A stretch of 63,997 nucleotides of DNA, filler included, from Diploschistes diacapsis (lineage: Eukaryota): the NCBI GenBank assembly GCA_023645945.1. It is 5 parts of 5 records of this genome, joined end to end, with 100 filler letters (N's around TTAATTAATTAA, not from the genome) between each part and the next. Parts side by side here need not be neighbours in the genome. Positions count along the whole stretch, not along the records: positions 39,887 to 53,035 come from JALAIB010000684.1; positions 53,136 to 63,997 come from JALAIB010000877.1; 3 more parts are not named here. One strand, written 5' to 3'. The notes under the pieces were generated by a model that made no database searches, was not told the origin of the DNA, and saw only the letters and a list, made by a program, of their open reading frames with translations. Below are positions 47,022 to 59,557 of the stretch, in pieces (the first letter of the stretch is position 1; each line of letters opens with the position of its first letter). A program made the translations under genes and the position numbers.

Positions 47022-48379
47022 CAAGTACCTAAGTAAATACTCAAATAATTTACTTCTTGGTTGGCCTTCAAAGCGCGCGCAGCAGACGTGGGAATACAGG
47101 AACCTGGTGCAAAGTCTCTGTTGTTGTGTTTAAGATGGGAATCAAGGTATTTACGAAGGTACTGTATGTAAATGGGCGCACCTGAAATTAAGGTGCGCGA
47201 GGTTTCGTCAATTGCGATAGGCACGTTATCCGTAGGCGCAAAAGGATGGGCGGCTCCGTCGGCCTTTCCTCGGCGGCCTCAAATAAGCGTGGGATGAAAA
47301 TGTTGGGCTTGGCGTGGGGACCAACGGCCCCAAAGATGCGGTCTTTAAAGTATATCGGATTTCCTAGATCCCTAGGAGCACCCACGCCTTGCCTTCATAC
47401 TCGTCGTCTAGTTTATCGCTCTTCGACGTCTGATAAGTCCTCACTTTCAAGTTGCCAGTTCAGCATGTACTAGATAGCTCCCGAGGACCTGTGATCTGCT
47501 CAAACGCCCCGCGTTGTGCAGAGGCAAGGAAAAAACCGCATGGTCTAGCAGAAGCCTGCTGCTCATTCTTTATCCACCACGAATGAGACTGGGCGCAGGG
47601 AATCCCTTAAGTATATTTATGACACTCTTACTGGCTGGGCTGGACGTCAGCATGTCTTTCTGTCAGATCCGCCCATGTTTCAGATTGTGTTTCCCGAAAC
47701 GCCCACCCCGCCGATTAGCTTAATATTAACATGAGCTCTCCTATCGCCGTCTAAATGTTTAAATTACTTCTTTACAGTTCTCACCATCACCATCAACATT
47801 GTGGAATTGTGATCTTTAGAAAACTGATTATAAGTCATTGGAATGCACTTGTAGTCTGAGCCACATGTTGTTTATTGTCTACCATCTTCATGATGACTGA
47901 CCCTGCGGGTTTGTATATAACTCCTTTCGACTTCCCCTTTGGACCATCTTTGACTCACTTTTGGGACCATCTTTGCGTTTGTTTGTTTGTTTGTACAATT
48001 TATTTTTGGGCTTGCCCTTCATTTCACTCCACTTCGAGTCATTGTCATTCCTTTCCTCAAGGTTGCCCGACATTCACTCATTTCACCAAAGTTGTTGGCT
48101 TGTTTCTCTTCTCGCTAAGATCACAGCTTCTTCAGCAACTCTATCCAGTGCCGCTTGAATCTTGAAAGCCCTAGATCGGGTGTCTTGAACGCGAAAATCG
48201 GTGTCTCTTTCCTTAAGACTTGGATAACCCAGCTTGCGAAGGTTATCGTCCGCTCCTTACCTTGAAGGTCCGAATACTTTTCAAAGTCACTCTTTCGCCT
48301 CTACTGCCGAGCAGGAGGCTTCTCGATTCAACTCCCTTCGTTGTCTTGACTTGTGACTTCGTCCCGGAGTTGAGTCACC

Positions 48380-50133
48380 ATGAAGATCTTTTTTCAAATC
48401 GCCTTGGCTATTACTGCCGCCGGGCCGGCTGTCGCGCTCCCTCTTCGTGCTATGGTGGAAAGAAGCGTGGGAACTGTTGACCCTGTGCTCAGTCTTCCAC
48501 CTGCGTTTTCTATACTGCCGCCGCCTACCGCTGGCGAGGAGCATCGTCAGGGTCACCCCACCCATACCCATACGTTTTCTTCCAACGACGTTGTGCCAAC
48601 CTCTACCTTCACGCCAACTGTGATTGAGCCTAAGTCGACTTCTTTCCCCCTCTCTGTCTCCACTACCACCGACGGCTCCTTGCCAACTGACACAGCCTCC
48701 GGTACCGGCGTGGTTTCCAGCAGTGGCTCCACCAGTCTTCCTACTAGCGCTCTGTCAAGTGGCCTTCCTACCAGCCTACTTTCAACTGGTTTCTCTACAA
48801 ACGCCGCTCCCACGGCTATCCCCGGCACCGCCTCTACTGGCACATCTACTCTTCTGGCGTCCACCGTCATTCCCGCCCAATCCTCTGCCAGCGCGGCAAC
48901 CTTTGCGCAGCCTGGCTCCGCTACATCGAATGGCATGCTTCGGGGTGTCAACGTTGGACATTGGTTGATCCTCGAGAAGTACATGGATGATGGGACCGTT
49001 TTCACAGGCCAGTACTCTGATGCAGTCGACCAGTGGACCTATGACTCCATTGATAAGGACGGAAGTGACATTCGGAGCCACGTAAGTATTCATAAAGATG
49101 CCATGTGAAGAATTAAGCTGACCGGGCTTTACAGTGGGAGAATTGGTTCACCGAGTCTGATGCTCAAAAACTGGCTTCTTACGGCTTCAACGCCCTTCGT
49201 ATTCCCATCGGATATTGGGCATTCGACAATTCCGGTACCCCGTATACCCAAGGCGCAGCTGATTACCTCGACAAGGCAATCGTTTGGGCAAGAAACTCGG
49301 GCATGAAGGTCCTGATCGACTGCCACGGCTCGCCGGGAAGTCAAAACGGACAAGAGCATTCCGGTCGTCGAGGCTCGGTGGAATGGCAGCAGCGCAACAA
49401 CCTTGATAGTGCCACACAAATTCTGCAGCAGATGATCCAGAGATACGGCGGCATGAACAACAGCGACGTCGTTTTCGGACTAGAGATCGTAAACGAGCCA
49501 ACGGCGGACCTCCCCAACAGCTTTTCGACCTCCAAGTCTTGGGCGACTCAAGCATACAGCGCTCTGCAGAGCACCATCTCCCAGGACAACCTGAACAAGG
49601 ACATCCAAATTATCACCCACGATTCGTTCATGGGCCCCACCCAGTTCATCCCACTGCTGGGAGACATAAAGTCCCCAAAAAACGCCCCAACGTTCGGCGT
49701 CGACCAGCACAACTACCAGCTCTACACGGCCAGCGACAACGCCCTCGACCAGCCCGGCCACATACAGGAAGCGTGCGGCTGGTCCTCCGCCCTCGCCACC
49801 ACCAAGCAGTCCATGCCCGTCATCGTCGGTGAGTGGTCGGCCATCACGAACATCTGCGTCAACTCCGACGGGTCCAGCTACGCCAGCGAGCCCTGCGACG
49901 GATCCGGCAACTGCGCCACCTGCCCGACCGATACCTGGACCCCGGCCCTGGTGGAGCAGGTGCGCAAGTACGTCGAGGCCCAGCTCGATACCTTCGAGGA
50001 CAGCTCCGACGGCCACTTCATCTGGAGCTTCAAGTCCGGGAGCAACTCGGGCTGGTCGGTGTACGATTTGATCGAGGCCAAGGCGTTCCCGAACCCGGTT
50101 ACTGACAGGCAGTATCCGTCGCAGTGCTCGTAG
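48380..50133 (+). CDS. Secreted GH5 glucan 1,3-beta-glucosidase (exo-1,3-beta-glucanase) with Ser/Thr-rich N-terminal linker, 2 exons
   Basis: Signal peptide; RGVNVGHWLILEKYM; intron 49082-49134; RIPIGYW, IDCHGSPGSQNGQEHSG, catalytic VNEP and VGEWS, EAQLDTFE, FIWSFK. Confidence 0.92.
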
Positions 50134-50719
50134 CAGTCGTTTCCTCTGACCTTCTTCTCGTCTACGGACGGGCTTCGTCTACGGGGTGGATGGGTTCCAC
50201 TTCGTTGGACAGCATGTGTGCGAGCGCTTTCGCTTCTCTCGGTGTTCTTACCTACGATGGTGGTTTGATGATGGTGCATGGAGCGTTCAAGGGGGGGGAC
50301 TCTCGCCTCTCTGCGCCGGTCAAAGAGGAGGCTTGTTTTGACTTTCAAGGCCGTCTTTGACGCAGCGATGAGTAGCCGATGGCTCTTTAGTATGATTAAC
50401 GAATGACGAGGAAATCTAAAACCACTCATTGAAACGGTCTATTAGACTCCGTAGAAGCTACTGTGTGCTGGTTAGAGGGATCAAGCTGTAGCATAAGTCA
50501 TACTAGTCCCAGAATAGACTAACGTGGTATTTGGGGTCTTTTTCAGTTGAAAAGTTGGGCTGAGGCCATCACGTGCCAGAGTAGTAGACTAGTAGTCAGT
50601 CTAGAAGAGACAGACCATGTGACCTACATACACCCTCCGCGTCTTGTTTCCCCAGTGAGAGGGGGTTTTGAGAGCCCATACACACACCATACACACTTCT
50701 ATTGTGAAGAAGACGACCT

Positions 50720-50740
50720 CTCTCCCTCCTCTCTCTTACT

Positions 50741-50772
<32 letters not shown>

Positions 50773-50830
50773 GCTCTCTCTATCTATCATCATTATCATC
50801 ATCTCTTCTTCTTCTTCTTCTTCTTCTCGA
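50720..50830. repeat. (CT)n, (ATC)n and (CTT)n microsatellites in the bHLH gene leader
   Basis: Directly visible simple repeats. Confidence 0.85.
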
Positions 50831-51511
50831 TCCAATCTTGTTGACGGTCTCGCACCTCGAGCGACAAAGCTGGTGCCAGCTAGATCTGTGTGGTGGATTT
50901 AAATTTAATTTAATTATAGCGACCGTTTGGACGCGTGCCTCGAATCTCGCAGTCAGGTGAGTCGCTTGTTGCTTTCCTCGTGACCTGAAGCTTCCAAGCA
51001 CTTTTTGCCAACCCCGCTCTCTCACCTCACAACACCCTTGCTCGACGCACCTCCTCCCACAACTTCTTTGCCTGGCTTACTCGATCTGCATCTATGGCGC
51101 ATCTGTTTTCATCGGACATGTCCCTATCGCGGCGAAGCATGATCAAGCCTCCTGATCCTCCCACTCCTTGCGCTACTGGACCTACACTGCCACCAGGAAT
51201 GTAGCTAGATAACTAACTGCACGACTTCTACCCTGTTCATCCCCCCCTACAATTCTGATCCGTCTGTTCCTGCTCGCTCGATTCCCTGGCTTGATACTGT
51301 ACGCTGTCGCGCTCGTGAACACGCGCTTATCTACATCTCGGCTCACGTGAACTCTAAATGGGTATCGGCTGACGGAATTGCTTCTCAGAGTACTCGGGGC
51401 TTGCGATAACAAAATCGAACGGAAGCTCCTGTTGCACGGTTTCGATACAAGCCATTGTTCTCCGCCATCCCGAACAGAAGTTCCAAGGGGTAAAGGAGCG
51501 ACATACGACAC

Positions 51512-52405
51512 ATGGCGCAACCGATCACGGCGAGCTCAAAAAAGCGTAAGCGGGCCACAGCGGATCAGAACGCGGACGGTTCAAATGCCAAACGCGCTTC
51601 GCTTGCCCGCAACGGCGACCAGCTCAATGGTGTCCCGCAGACTTTCAACCCCGACGACTTTGTCGTGCAGCAGCTACAGAACGCCACTCACGAGATGAGC
51701 AACACTGCCGCCGCAGCCCTGGGCGCAAACCCCCTCAGTCCGGACACACAGGGCCTATCGTTTGGCAGTAATGGAACCAGCACGGACCAGGCCCAGCCGA
51801 TCAGCTCTTTCGACATGGCCGATCCCTCGACACAACCCACGCATTCCTCGCCGTACGTCCTGCCACCCGGTTACAAGGCGCAGGACGATCCTCCGCCGGG
51901 CAGCTCCGGCCAGGACTCGGCCAATGGCACGTCCAATAAGCCCGTTGCCGGAACGCCGGAATGGGCCAAGCTCCGCCGAGACAACCACAAAGAAGGCAAG
52001 TCCTCGTTCCCTCTGCCGGACATGCTCCAAAAACACGCGCTAACATGCCCAGTCGAGCGTCGGCGTCGCGAAGCCATCAACGAAGGCATCAACGCCCTGG
52101 GGGCCCTGGTGCCCAACTGCGAGAAGAACAAGGGATCGATCCTGCAGAAAGCGGTGTCCTACATCAACGAGCTGCGCGCGCAGGCCGCCGAAAGCGGACA
52201 GAGAAAGGTCATGGAGAAGACCGTCCTCGACCAGGCCGTCCACGAGCTCACCGCCATCAACTCGAATCTCCAGGACCAGATGAGAATCACGATGGAGAAG
52301 AACGAGCGGCTGGAGATGGAGAGGGAGCGATTGGAGAGGGAGAACGAGCGCTTCAGGATGAAGATCAAGGAACTCGGCATCAGCAGTGGCAAACAGATCC
52401 CCTAG
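51512..52405 (+). CDS. CBF1: bHLH-leucine zipper transcription factor, Cbf1-like, with GC-AG intron 51996-52052
   Basis: KPVAGTPEWAKLRRDNHKE/VERRRREAINEGINALGALVPNCEKNKGSILQKAVSYINEL followed by a heptad coiled coil. Confidence 0.85.
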   Translation: MAQPITASSKKRKRATADQNADGSNAKRASLARNGDQLNGVPQTFNPDDFVVQQLQNATHEMSNTAAAALGANPLSPDTQGLSFGSNGTSTDQAQPISSFDMADPSTQPTHSSPYVLPPGYKAQDDPPPGSSGQDSANGTSNKPVAGTPEWAKLRRDNHKEGKSSFPLPDMLQKHALTCPVERRRREAINEGINALGALVPNCEKNKGSILQKAVSYINELRAQAAESGQRKVMEKTVLDQAVHELTAINSNLQDQMRITMEKNERLEMERERLERENERFRMKIKELGISSGKQIP

Positions 52406-52596
52406 GAAAGCGGGAGCCGGGGGAATGGGGTGCTTACAGCTCCGAAGGACCCAAATTCAACTCGCTCGGGCCGAATTTTTTTCACGACCCCACACCGGAG
52501 GAAGGAAGTTTCTGTCGCCAGCTTTCTGCATGTCATACCGGGGGGAGGCTCTATTCTAGCGTGCCCCACCTTTCGTCTTCCTTTCTCGCTGGCGTC

Positions 52597-52653
52597 GGCA
52601 TTGGCACTGGCATTGGCATTGGCATTGGCATTGGCATTGGCATTGGCATTGGC
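52597..52653. repeat. (GGCATT)n hexanucleotide microsatellite in 3' region
   Basis: About nine tandem units, one variant GGCACT. Confidence 0.9.
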
Positions 52654-53035
52654 CGGTTCGCGCATCTTTCGACGGCGACGGCGGGCGCTTTGGATCGGAC
52701 CAACGAGCCAGCTCGGCTGGCGGCGGCCTTGGTGCCAGGCAAATGGGACGTTTTGATCCGGATCCGGATCCGTGCAGGGAAAAGGGGTGGGGAGGGGAAT
52801 GGGGATACCAAGTAGCTTCTTTACGGGCTGTACATTCTATTTTACCTTACCTTATCGAGCCATCCCCTTTGCGAGAGAGCAACACGAGAGCGATAGTAAT
52901 GCTTAATGGATGCCACATCCAACACGCTCCGCTCTCCTGCCCCGTGATCGAGATTGGCCTTGGCATCGTGCGAGGAAAGTGCGTGCGTGTTTGCCGTGCA
53001 GTGCTGTTCCGTATCCTAAGAGTAAAGAAGTAGTC

Positions 53036-53135
53036 NNNNNNNNNNNNNNNNNNNNNNNNNNNNNNNNNNNNNNNNNNNNTTAATTAATTAANNNNNNNNN
53101 NNNNNNNNNNNNNNNNNNNNNNNNNNNNNNNNNNN
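53036..53135. other. Artificial contig spacer
   Basis: N44-TTAATTAATTAA-N44. Confidence 0.97.
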
Positions 53136-53171
53136 TCCCCTTCCCCCTCCTCGAGCGCCCTTGAAGCCCAT

Positions 53172-53630
53172 TCAAATTTCGTAGTGCTCATACAGCAGAG
53201 CAGTGATGCCTTTGTACTCCTCTCGGGCTTTGGACATCACCATGGGAAAAGGATCTGGCCAGTTCCAAATGCCGCCATTAGGCCCCTTCATCATGAGCTC
53301 GAACCAGAGAAAAAGCAGGGCATCAGGGGCACCATGCACATATAACCACTGGCAGCAACCAGCATCCACAATGTTTTGCTTTATCCAGAGTACCTCACAA
53401 GACTTCCAAGCCGCGTACTGGGACGTTACCTTTCCCCAGCGCCGTGCCTCGTTGATGATATATAGCCGGTTTTGAAGATGCCTGGTTGCACGCTCCTCGA
53501 TCCTTTGGGGATGCTCCAGCGTCGCGTTCGCGGCGAAACAGCTCTCCAAGTCGGCATCTAGCCGATCCTTGGCCTCTTCGAGTGAAAGGTTACCCATACT
53601 CGTCGTGAGAGGAGTGGTTGAGGTTGCCAT
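53172..53630 (-). CDS. Hypothetical 152-aa protein
   Basis: Intronless ORF with good start context (CACAATGG); no family recognised. Confidence 0.5.
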   Translation of the reverse strand: MATSTTPLTTSMGNLSLEEAKDRLDADLESCFAANATLEHPQRIEERATRHLQNRLYIINEARRWGKVTSQYAAWKSCEVLWIKQNIVDAGCCQWLYVHGAPDALLFLWFELMMKGPNGGIWNWPDPFPMVMSKAREEYKGITALLYEHYEI

Positions 53631-53879
53631 TGTGGTCTTCTAATGCTCATTAGCTCTTTTCCAATATCTCATAGAAGAACCTAGTGCAGAAAGACGGGGC
53701 AGACGTTTAATAGCGAATTTGGAAATCGTGAGCTTGATTTAGAGATCAGAGATCGGTTCGATAATAGCACTCATGATAGCAATTGAAGATAGCAGAAGCA
53801 GTAGAAGCTGAATAAGCAAGTAAAGGAGATGGAGTCTTATGAGAGTTTCGGAGCGGTCAAACAAGCATAACTGACATTC

Positions 53880-54720
53880 ACTAGAATCTGAGAGGACCAC
53901 CTACCCATGTGAGTGCCACTGAAGAGCGCTTCAAGACCTCTTATAGCCATACATAATCACCTTGAAGCATACCTCGAGTCCCTACGGGCCTAAATGAGTA
54001 TGTTTTGCGTCCAATGTGGGTTGAGGAGAACCTTCCGCATATGAGTGCTTCTATCTTACCGTGGAGTGCTTCAATGCCTTTGTAATCGTGTATGATCACC
54101 TTGAAGCATGTTTCAAGCCTCTATGAAGCTAGATGGCTATACCCTGTTGAGGAGGATCTTCCGCATGTGAGCGCCTCTATCTTACTGAATAGCGCCTCAG
54201 TACCTTTTATAATATTATATAATCATTCTGAAGGATGTCCCGAGCTCCTGTTAACCTGAAAAACTGCTCTTCCATCTATTGTGGTCTGATCAGAACCTCA
54301 CATATTTGAATGTCCTTAGATCCTCGAACAGTGTTTCGACGCCTTTTGTGATCTTGAATAATTACCCGAAGCATGCTTCAAGCCTCTACGAAACTTGATA
54401 AGTACAATCTGCTTTCAATATTCATTAAGTAGGATATTATATATTTGAGGGGCAAGATCCTTGAAGAGTGGTTCGATGCCTTTTGAGAACGTATATAATC
54501 AATCACCTTGAGGCATACTCCAAGCCCTTAAGGCGTAGACCAGTAAAGGGTTGCATTGACTACAAACCTGTCAGAAATCTGTGCAAATAAGCGGATTGAT
54601 GTTATCACAGAGCGGTTCGATGCCTCCTCGAGATATGCTTCAAGAGCGTGTAGAGTTTAAAAGACATACAAAATGCACGGACCTGTCTGGCTCCACAAAG
54701 GGTTAGGGTATGCTTCAAGG
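53880..54720. repeat. Degenerate non-coding tandem array, about six units of 126-144 bp
   Basis: Unit anchors GAGYGSTTCRA..CCT...TAATCACCTTGAAGCATRYTTCAAGC at 53924, 54064, 54190, 54329, 54466, 54610. Confidence 0.85.
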
Positions 54721-55259
54721 TGATTTTCTGCAATCGCAGAAGGCGCCGAAACGGTGTCTAATGATATTAGGTTACTGAAATATATAGGGTCCTAGTCCGT
54801 CTAGAGTGAATACTTGCTTAAGATAATGTATTCAACTAACGTATATGTTAAAGTAAGCATGCTTCAAGTTCATGTGGAACTGGAACGTGCGCGTATTAGG
54901 TGCACCATCTTAAGCAAATTCAGCCTGTATTCTTTATACGTTGGATGGAAATCCATACGTGTGGCGGCTCAGAATCCCCAGAAAATGCTTCAGCGTATCA
55001 TTCCATCTAGAATTATAGCCTTGAGGAATACTGCAGGAGCTTGTTGAGCAGGAGAAACGCGTTCATTGGGCATGCTGTCTTAAAACAGCCACGCTTTGGA
55101 TCCATCGTTAGCTTAACGCCTTACGCGGAAGTGGGAGGATCCGTGCATTCCTCTGACATCTTCGAATAACCATCAAATGGTACCATGGAGCTGTAAGCCC
55201 AAATGCGTACCGGTGTGGACCCTGCATCAATATCCCCATCTCGGCCTCCACCGTCTAAA

Positions 55260-56452
55260 ATCAAAGGATCTCCTCTCCCTCGCCTTCCTTGCGACACCCT
55301 TTATCCTCCACCTCTTCCTCCACTTCTTCACCCCTTTCCCCTGGCCAAAGCGTCCAACCCACTCTCCAACCACGTCCTCATCGCCTCCACTCCCTTGGCC
55401 CCATTTCCCCCATCAAGCCAACCTACGCGCTTGTTCTCCCTCAGCCTCCCATCGACGAGGACCTGCCACCCTCTGACCAATCTATCCAGCCTCTTCTGCG
55501 CGCCTTCCTGCGGATATATACCTTCCGCAAACCCTCTGCGGACGACGAGCGCTTCATGCGCTAGGTAAGAGCGTGCGCGGAGGGGTAGGAACCAGGAGTA
55601 TAGGAGGGCGTGGGTGGTGGTGCGTAGGTGGAGGGCCATGAAGTCCGCCTGGAGGTGGTGAAGGAGAGGTTAGTAGATGATACAGGGAGGAGGACTGGGG
55701 TGAAATGGAAGGGGCAGAGAGCTTACGGAGAAGCCTTCGAGGTCGGTGGTTAGGATATCTGCCTGGATTGCGAGATCTCCATTAGCCGCGGTGGGTATGG
55801 AAGGTATTGGGTGAGTGTGCAAACCTCAGTGGGAAACTTGTTCTTAATAAGCGGCATCTCGAACTTCGCTTTCTTAGCCGGCCAATGTGGATATTCTTCT
55901 TGTTGCCTCTTCGTCAAAACCTCAACTGGTGTCCGAGTGAACGCTACATGGCGGTCAAGTGATTCCCTGGAGGGGCGCAACGGGTAGGATTGTTCGCGGA
56001 AGTCGCTTCCTAGAGTAGTTGCCCGGGGTTGGCCTGTGGATCCGGAAAAGGGCCTTTCCGGGTCAGGGACTGTAAGAGTTTGAGTAGGTATGCGAGCTTG
56101 GGTTTGATCACGTAAGAAATATACCTGTTGATGCTTCACTATCGGCAGCATCCTCTTCGGGGGTTGATGATTGGTTCTGAATGATCTTTAGCTGCTAATT
56201 CACCTGCGTTACGATTGCTGGATTGACCTTTTCGATAATTGCTCCTGGGGTTTTGGCTTCAATGCGGTCTGGGACATGGCTGACCACAGGAAGGACACAT
56301 GATGGCTGCTCCGAGTGCGTGGTTTCCTCATTTTTATGCAAATTAGGGGACCGCGGTTGCTCTCTTTGGTCGCTTAATGTTGAATTCAGTTCATTATTAT
56401 TAATTTGTACGTTAGCTGGCATTGCGATGTCCGCTTGTTGAGAGTTGCTCAT
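55260..56452 (-). CDS. Hypothetical multi-exon protein
   Basis: ORFs 56195..56452, 55750..56151 and 55328..55639 can be linked by plausible GT..AG introns (donors near 56202, 55823, 55727); 3' end uncertain. Confidence 0.4.
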
Positions 56453-57039
56453 GTTTTCAATGTTCCGGGCAGAAGAGCGCTTATCAAGATCTTTTTATGG
56501 GCTTGAAGAAACGTTTGGAGGAGTTGAAACATTTCTGAGCACAATCTGCAGTTCTAATGGCTTAGATGTCGTGCGGGAAAAATGAAACAACAATAGTGTT
56601 TAGTAGCTCAAGGCTGAGGGGCGTTGAAGCTTGGGAGTGCTCCACGCACTTAGGAGACCAATGCTGAGGCTATTTTACTGGTAGGAATAAAAGAGTCAAG
56701 ACGAGTCTGCAAACCATGAGTATAAATCAATTAACTTCGACAAGTATACATACATCCAAGGAGCACCTACAGGTCTTTAAGAGAAGGGTAAAGGAGACGG
56801 ACAACATCACACATGCATAGGAGCAATTGATAAGATAATATAAATCCTTCCCATTGATATCGTACAGTATGCCGCCGTATCATATCGTATCCTTACGCTC
56901 GCTCGCTCACTGCTCTGAACGCTGAGTAAAGGAGAACAAGAATATAGTGGTATCAAGCAAATAACGTATCAATCGATCGAGAAGCCTTCAATACACTGAA
57001 GCATAAATAACGGTGGTCGAGGTTCAAATAGCATATCGT

Positions 57040-57562
57040 TTAATGGGCAACACCATGGCCTGAGAAAACGTTAATTGGTGAGACATCCATCAGGGATTGC
57101 TTGGAAGCACATACGACCAAGAGGGTTCGCCCTCTTTCCCAAGCTCTTAGCATCCTGTTGCTTGGCCTTCGCTAGGCGAGCGCTGAACATATTATTAGTC
57201 TCAAACGATCTACTGTAAAGGAATTAGAAATCTTACTCTTCAGCAGCCTCAGCCTCGACTCTCTTAACATGGTCCTTGGCATCCCTCACCGCTCGGCTGG
57301 CCTGCAATCTGGCCTGGTCTGCATCGCGCTCGGCAGCCTCGGCCGAAGCAACACGCTGGCGAGCCGCGGCTACAGAGGGGTCTTCCTTGTTGCGGCTAAA
57401 GAACCCGCTGCGATGAGTACCTGCAGAAGTTGTGCTTGTAGCGTCGGTCTCGGTTGAGTTGCGGTGGCCAGAGAAGAGGGAGCGTCGTTGGGAAGAGGAT
57501 GTTGAGGTGTTGGTGGAAGTGACAGGAGGTGGGGCGGGCTCGGACTTCTTGAAGAGAGGCAT
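57040..57562 (-). CDS. Small conserved fungal coiled-coil protein, 3 exons
   Basis: MPLFKKSEP...EDPSVAAARQRVASAEAAERDAD...AEE/ARLAKAKQQDAKSLGKRANPLG/RHGVAH*. Confidence 0.8.
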
Positions 57563-57990
57563 GTTTGCTATTTGATTCTATAGTCCTTGTGGGTTGTGGC
57601 TAATATCTAAAGTGCAAATATATTTGCAACTCGAGGAAGTAGCAAGTTATATTAGTAGGTCCCAGGGCAAGCAGAGTCACTTGCTGATGGTATGGGTTGT
57701 CAGGGGAGCAATCAAGATTCTGAAGTCCTTCAAAAGCCACATGCGCAATGACGTCGCCAGCTGTCGCTCGATCCAACGGTATAACGGTATAACGACAACA
57801 TCTCTTGCCCTGCTTCGACATGTCAATCATGTTGACGGGAAAGAGTTCAAAATAAGTTTAGACAGTGGTGATAAGAGCCTCGATAACTGACGGCGCACGT
57901 CTTTGCTGCTTATCAGCGCCCGTTGCAAGAGTCTATTAGGCTCTTCAATACCGTACTTTACTCTAATCTAATCTATCCACTTGGCTGTTT

Positions 57991-59199
57991 TTATCCGTTT
58001 GCGTGCCTATTCACCTGCTCGCTCTGCCTGGCCTGCCACTCATGCGGATCTTGCACGAAATCAAGCCACCCGAAAGGATCTTTCACCTTAGCTTGCTGAA
58101 TGGCTTTGTATCGCTCAATCAACTTCGTGAAAGCTGGCCCTGGCGTCTCGTAGGTAAACTTTTGCTTCTTCGACTTCATCTCGAGAGACTTCAATGGCAC
58201 CAGAGCCGCCGCCGTGCCTGCAGCCATGACTTCTGAAAAGGACGAAAGCTCCTCGTACAATATCCGTCGCTTCTCCACTTTCCAACCAAAAGACTCCGCG
58301 ATCTGGCACGCGCTCGTCACCGTGACGCTCTTGATCACGTTCTTACTGTCCGGGACTGCCAGGACAAACCCGTCGCCATCCTTCTTGACACCCACGAACC
58401 CGGAAGTGGAGAACTCGTCTATCTCCGTGCTGGTCCGGCTGTCGAGATGCAGGGTAATCCCGTACCCTTCTCCTTTAGCCTTCCGAGACCACGGCAGCAC
58501 CGGCGCGTAGTTCCCTCCAATCTTAGCAGCACCCGTGCCTTTTGGCGCAGCGCGGTCGAAATCCTCTAGAATGAGACCATCAATGGGATGTACACCGTGG
58601 TAGACGCCCGTGGCCATAACATAGACGCAGAACATGTACTCCTCCGGCGGGTCGAGACCCAGCTGCGCCGAGCTCCCGAACAGCATCGGCCTTATGTACA
58701 TTGCAGAGCCGATCTGGTGCGGCGGCACGTACTCAGCATTGAGTCCCACGGCTAGCCGAACGCACTGGAGAAAGTGTTCGGACGGCACCGGGGGGATGGC
58801 AACGTAGGACGCAGAGACCTGCATGCGCTCGGCGTTCTGGTCCGGCCGAAAGACGGCTATTCGGTTGTCTGGCGTTCGGAAAGCCTTCATGCCCTCGTAG
58901 CACTCCTGTCCGTAGTTCAAGGCTGGTGCCATGCCATGGATCCGCAAATAGGGATCTCTAACGAAGCTTGGCTCGCTCCATTTGCCGGTCTTGACTGAGT
59001 AACGGGATTCGATATGGCCATTGACTTTTGAACTTGTTAAACTAAACAGCGTAGTGCGAACCAGGAATCATCGCACCTTCTCGGACCTTGAAGCCCACAT
59101 TAGCCCAATCTATAGCGGATGTTAGCGATGTGATGTCACGTGCTATTGCCGTGACAGGTTGGTACCTATTGTATTGATCGGTGGAGGTGGGAAAGGCAT
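57991..59199 (-). CDS. Branched-chain amino acid aminotransferase (class IV PLP enzyme), 3 exons
   Basis: MPFPPPPINTI/DWANVGFKVRE/VNGHIES...ALNYGQECYEGMKAFR, YIRP, AAKIGGNYAP (PLP lysine), AAGTAA. Confidence 0.93.
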
Positions 59200-59557
59200 G
59201 ATGGGTGAAGGTTTCGACCTTTTTCTCGATCATAGATGGCAATCAAACCATATACCGCTATTTCACCCTTGGTGACTCAATGCTCACCATAAGCAATGGC
59301 TTATTGTTTTGATTGCACCGATATCGCGAAGCTGCTCGCTTAACTTCCTGTATTTGGCCAAAAGTCGGGATTGCGCGGTTTCTTTGCTCATAACCTCGTC
59401 ATTTTGGGGCCTTTTCCTGGAGCAAATATGAAGGTCCATATTCAGCTCCAGTTACACCGGAACAAGGCAATATATGACAGAGTAGCCTTTCGCATATTCC
59501 AGGAAGGACTTTATATAAAAAAGCTGATGCATCCACTCCTGTCACCTTCACTGAAAA

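Noticed and set aside
51961..52815. Long alternative ORFs with GIGIGI/ALALAL/NANANA tracts
   Set aside because: Shadow frames of a GC-rich gene running into the (GGCATT)n microsatellite.
53880..54720. CRISPR array
   Set aside because: Eukaryotic DNA, no cas genes, repeats degenerate and the spacers are themselves homologous.
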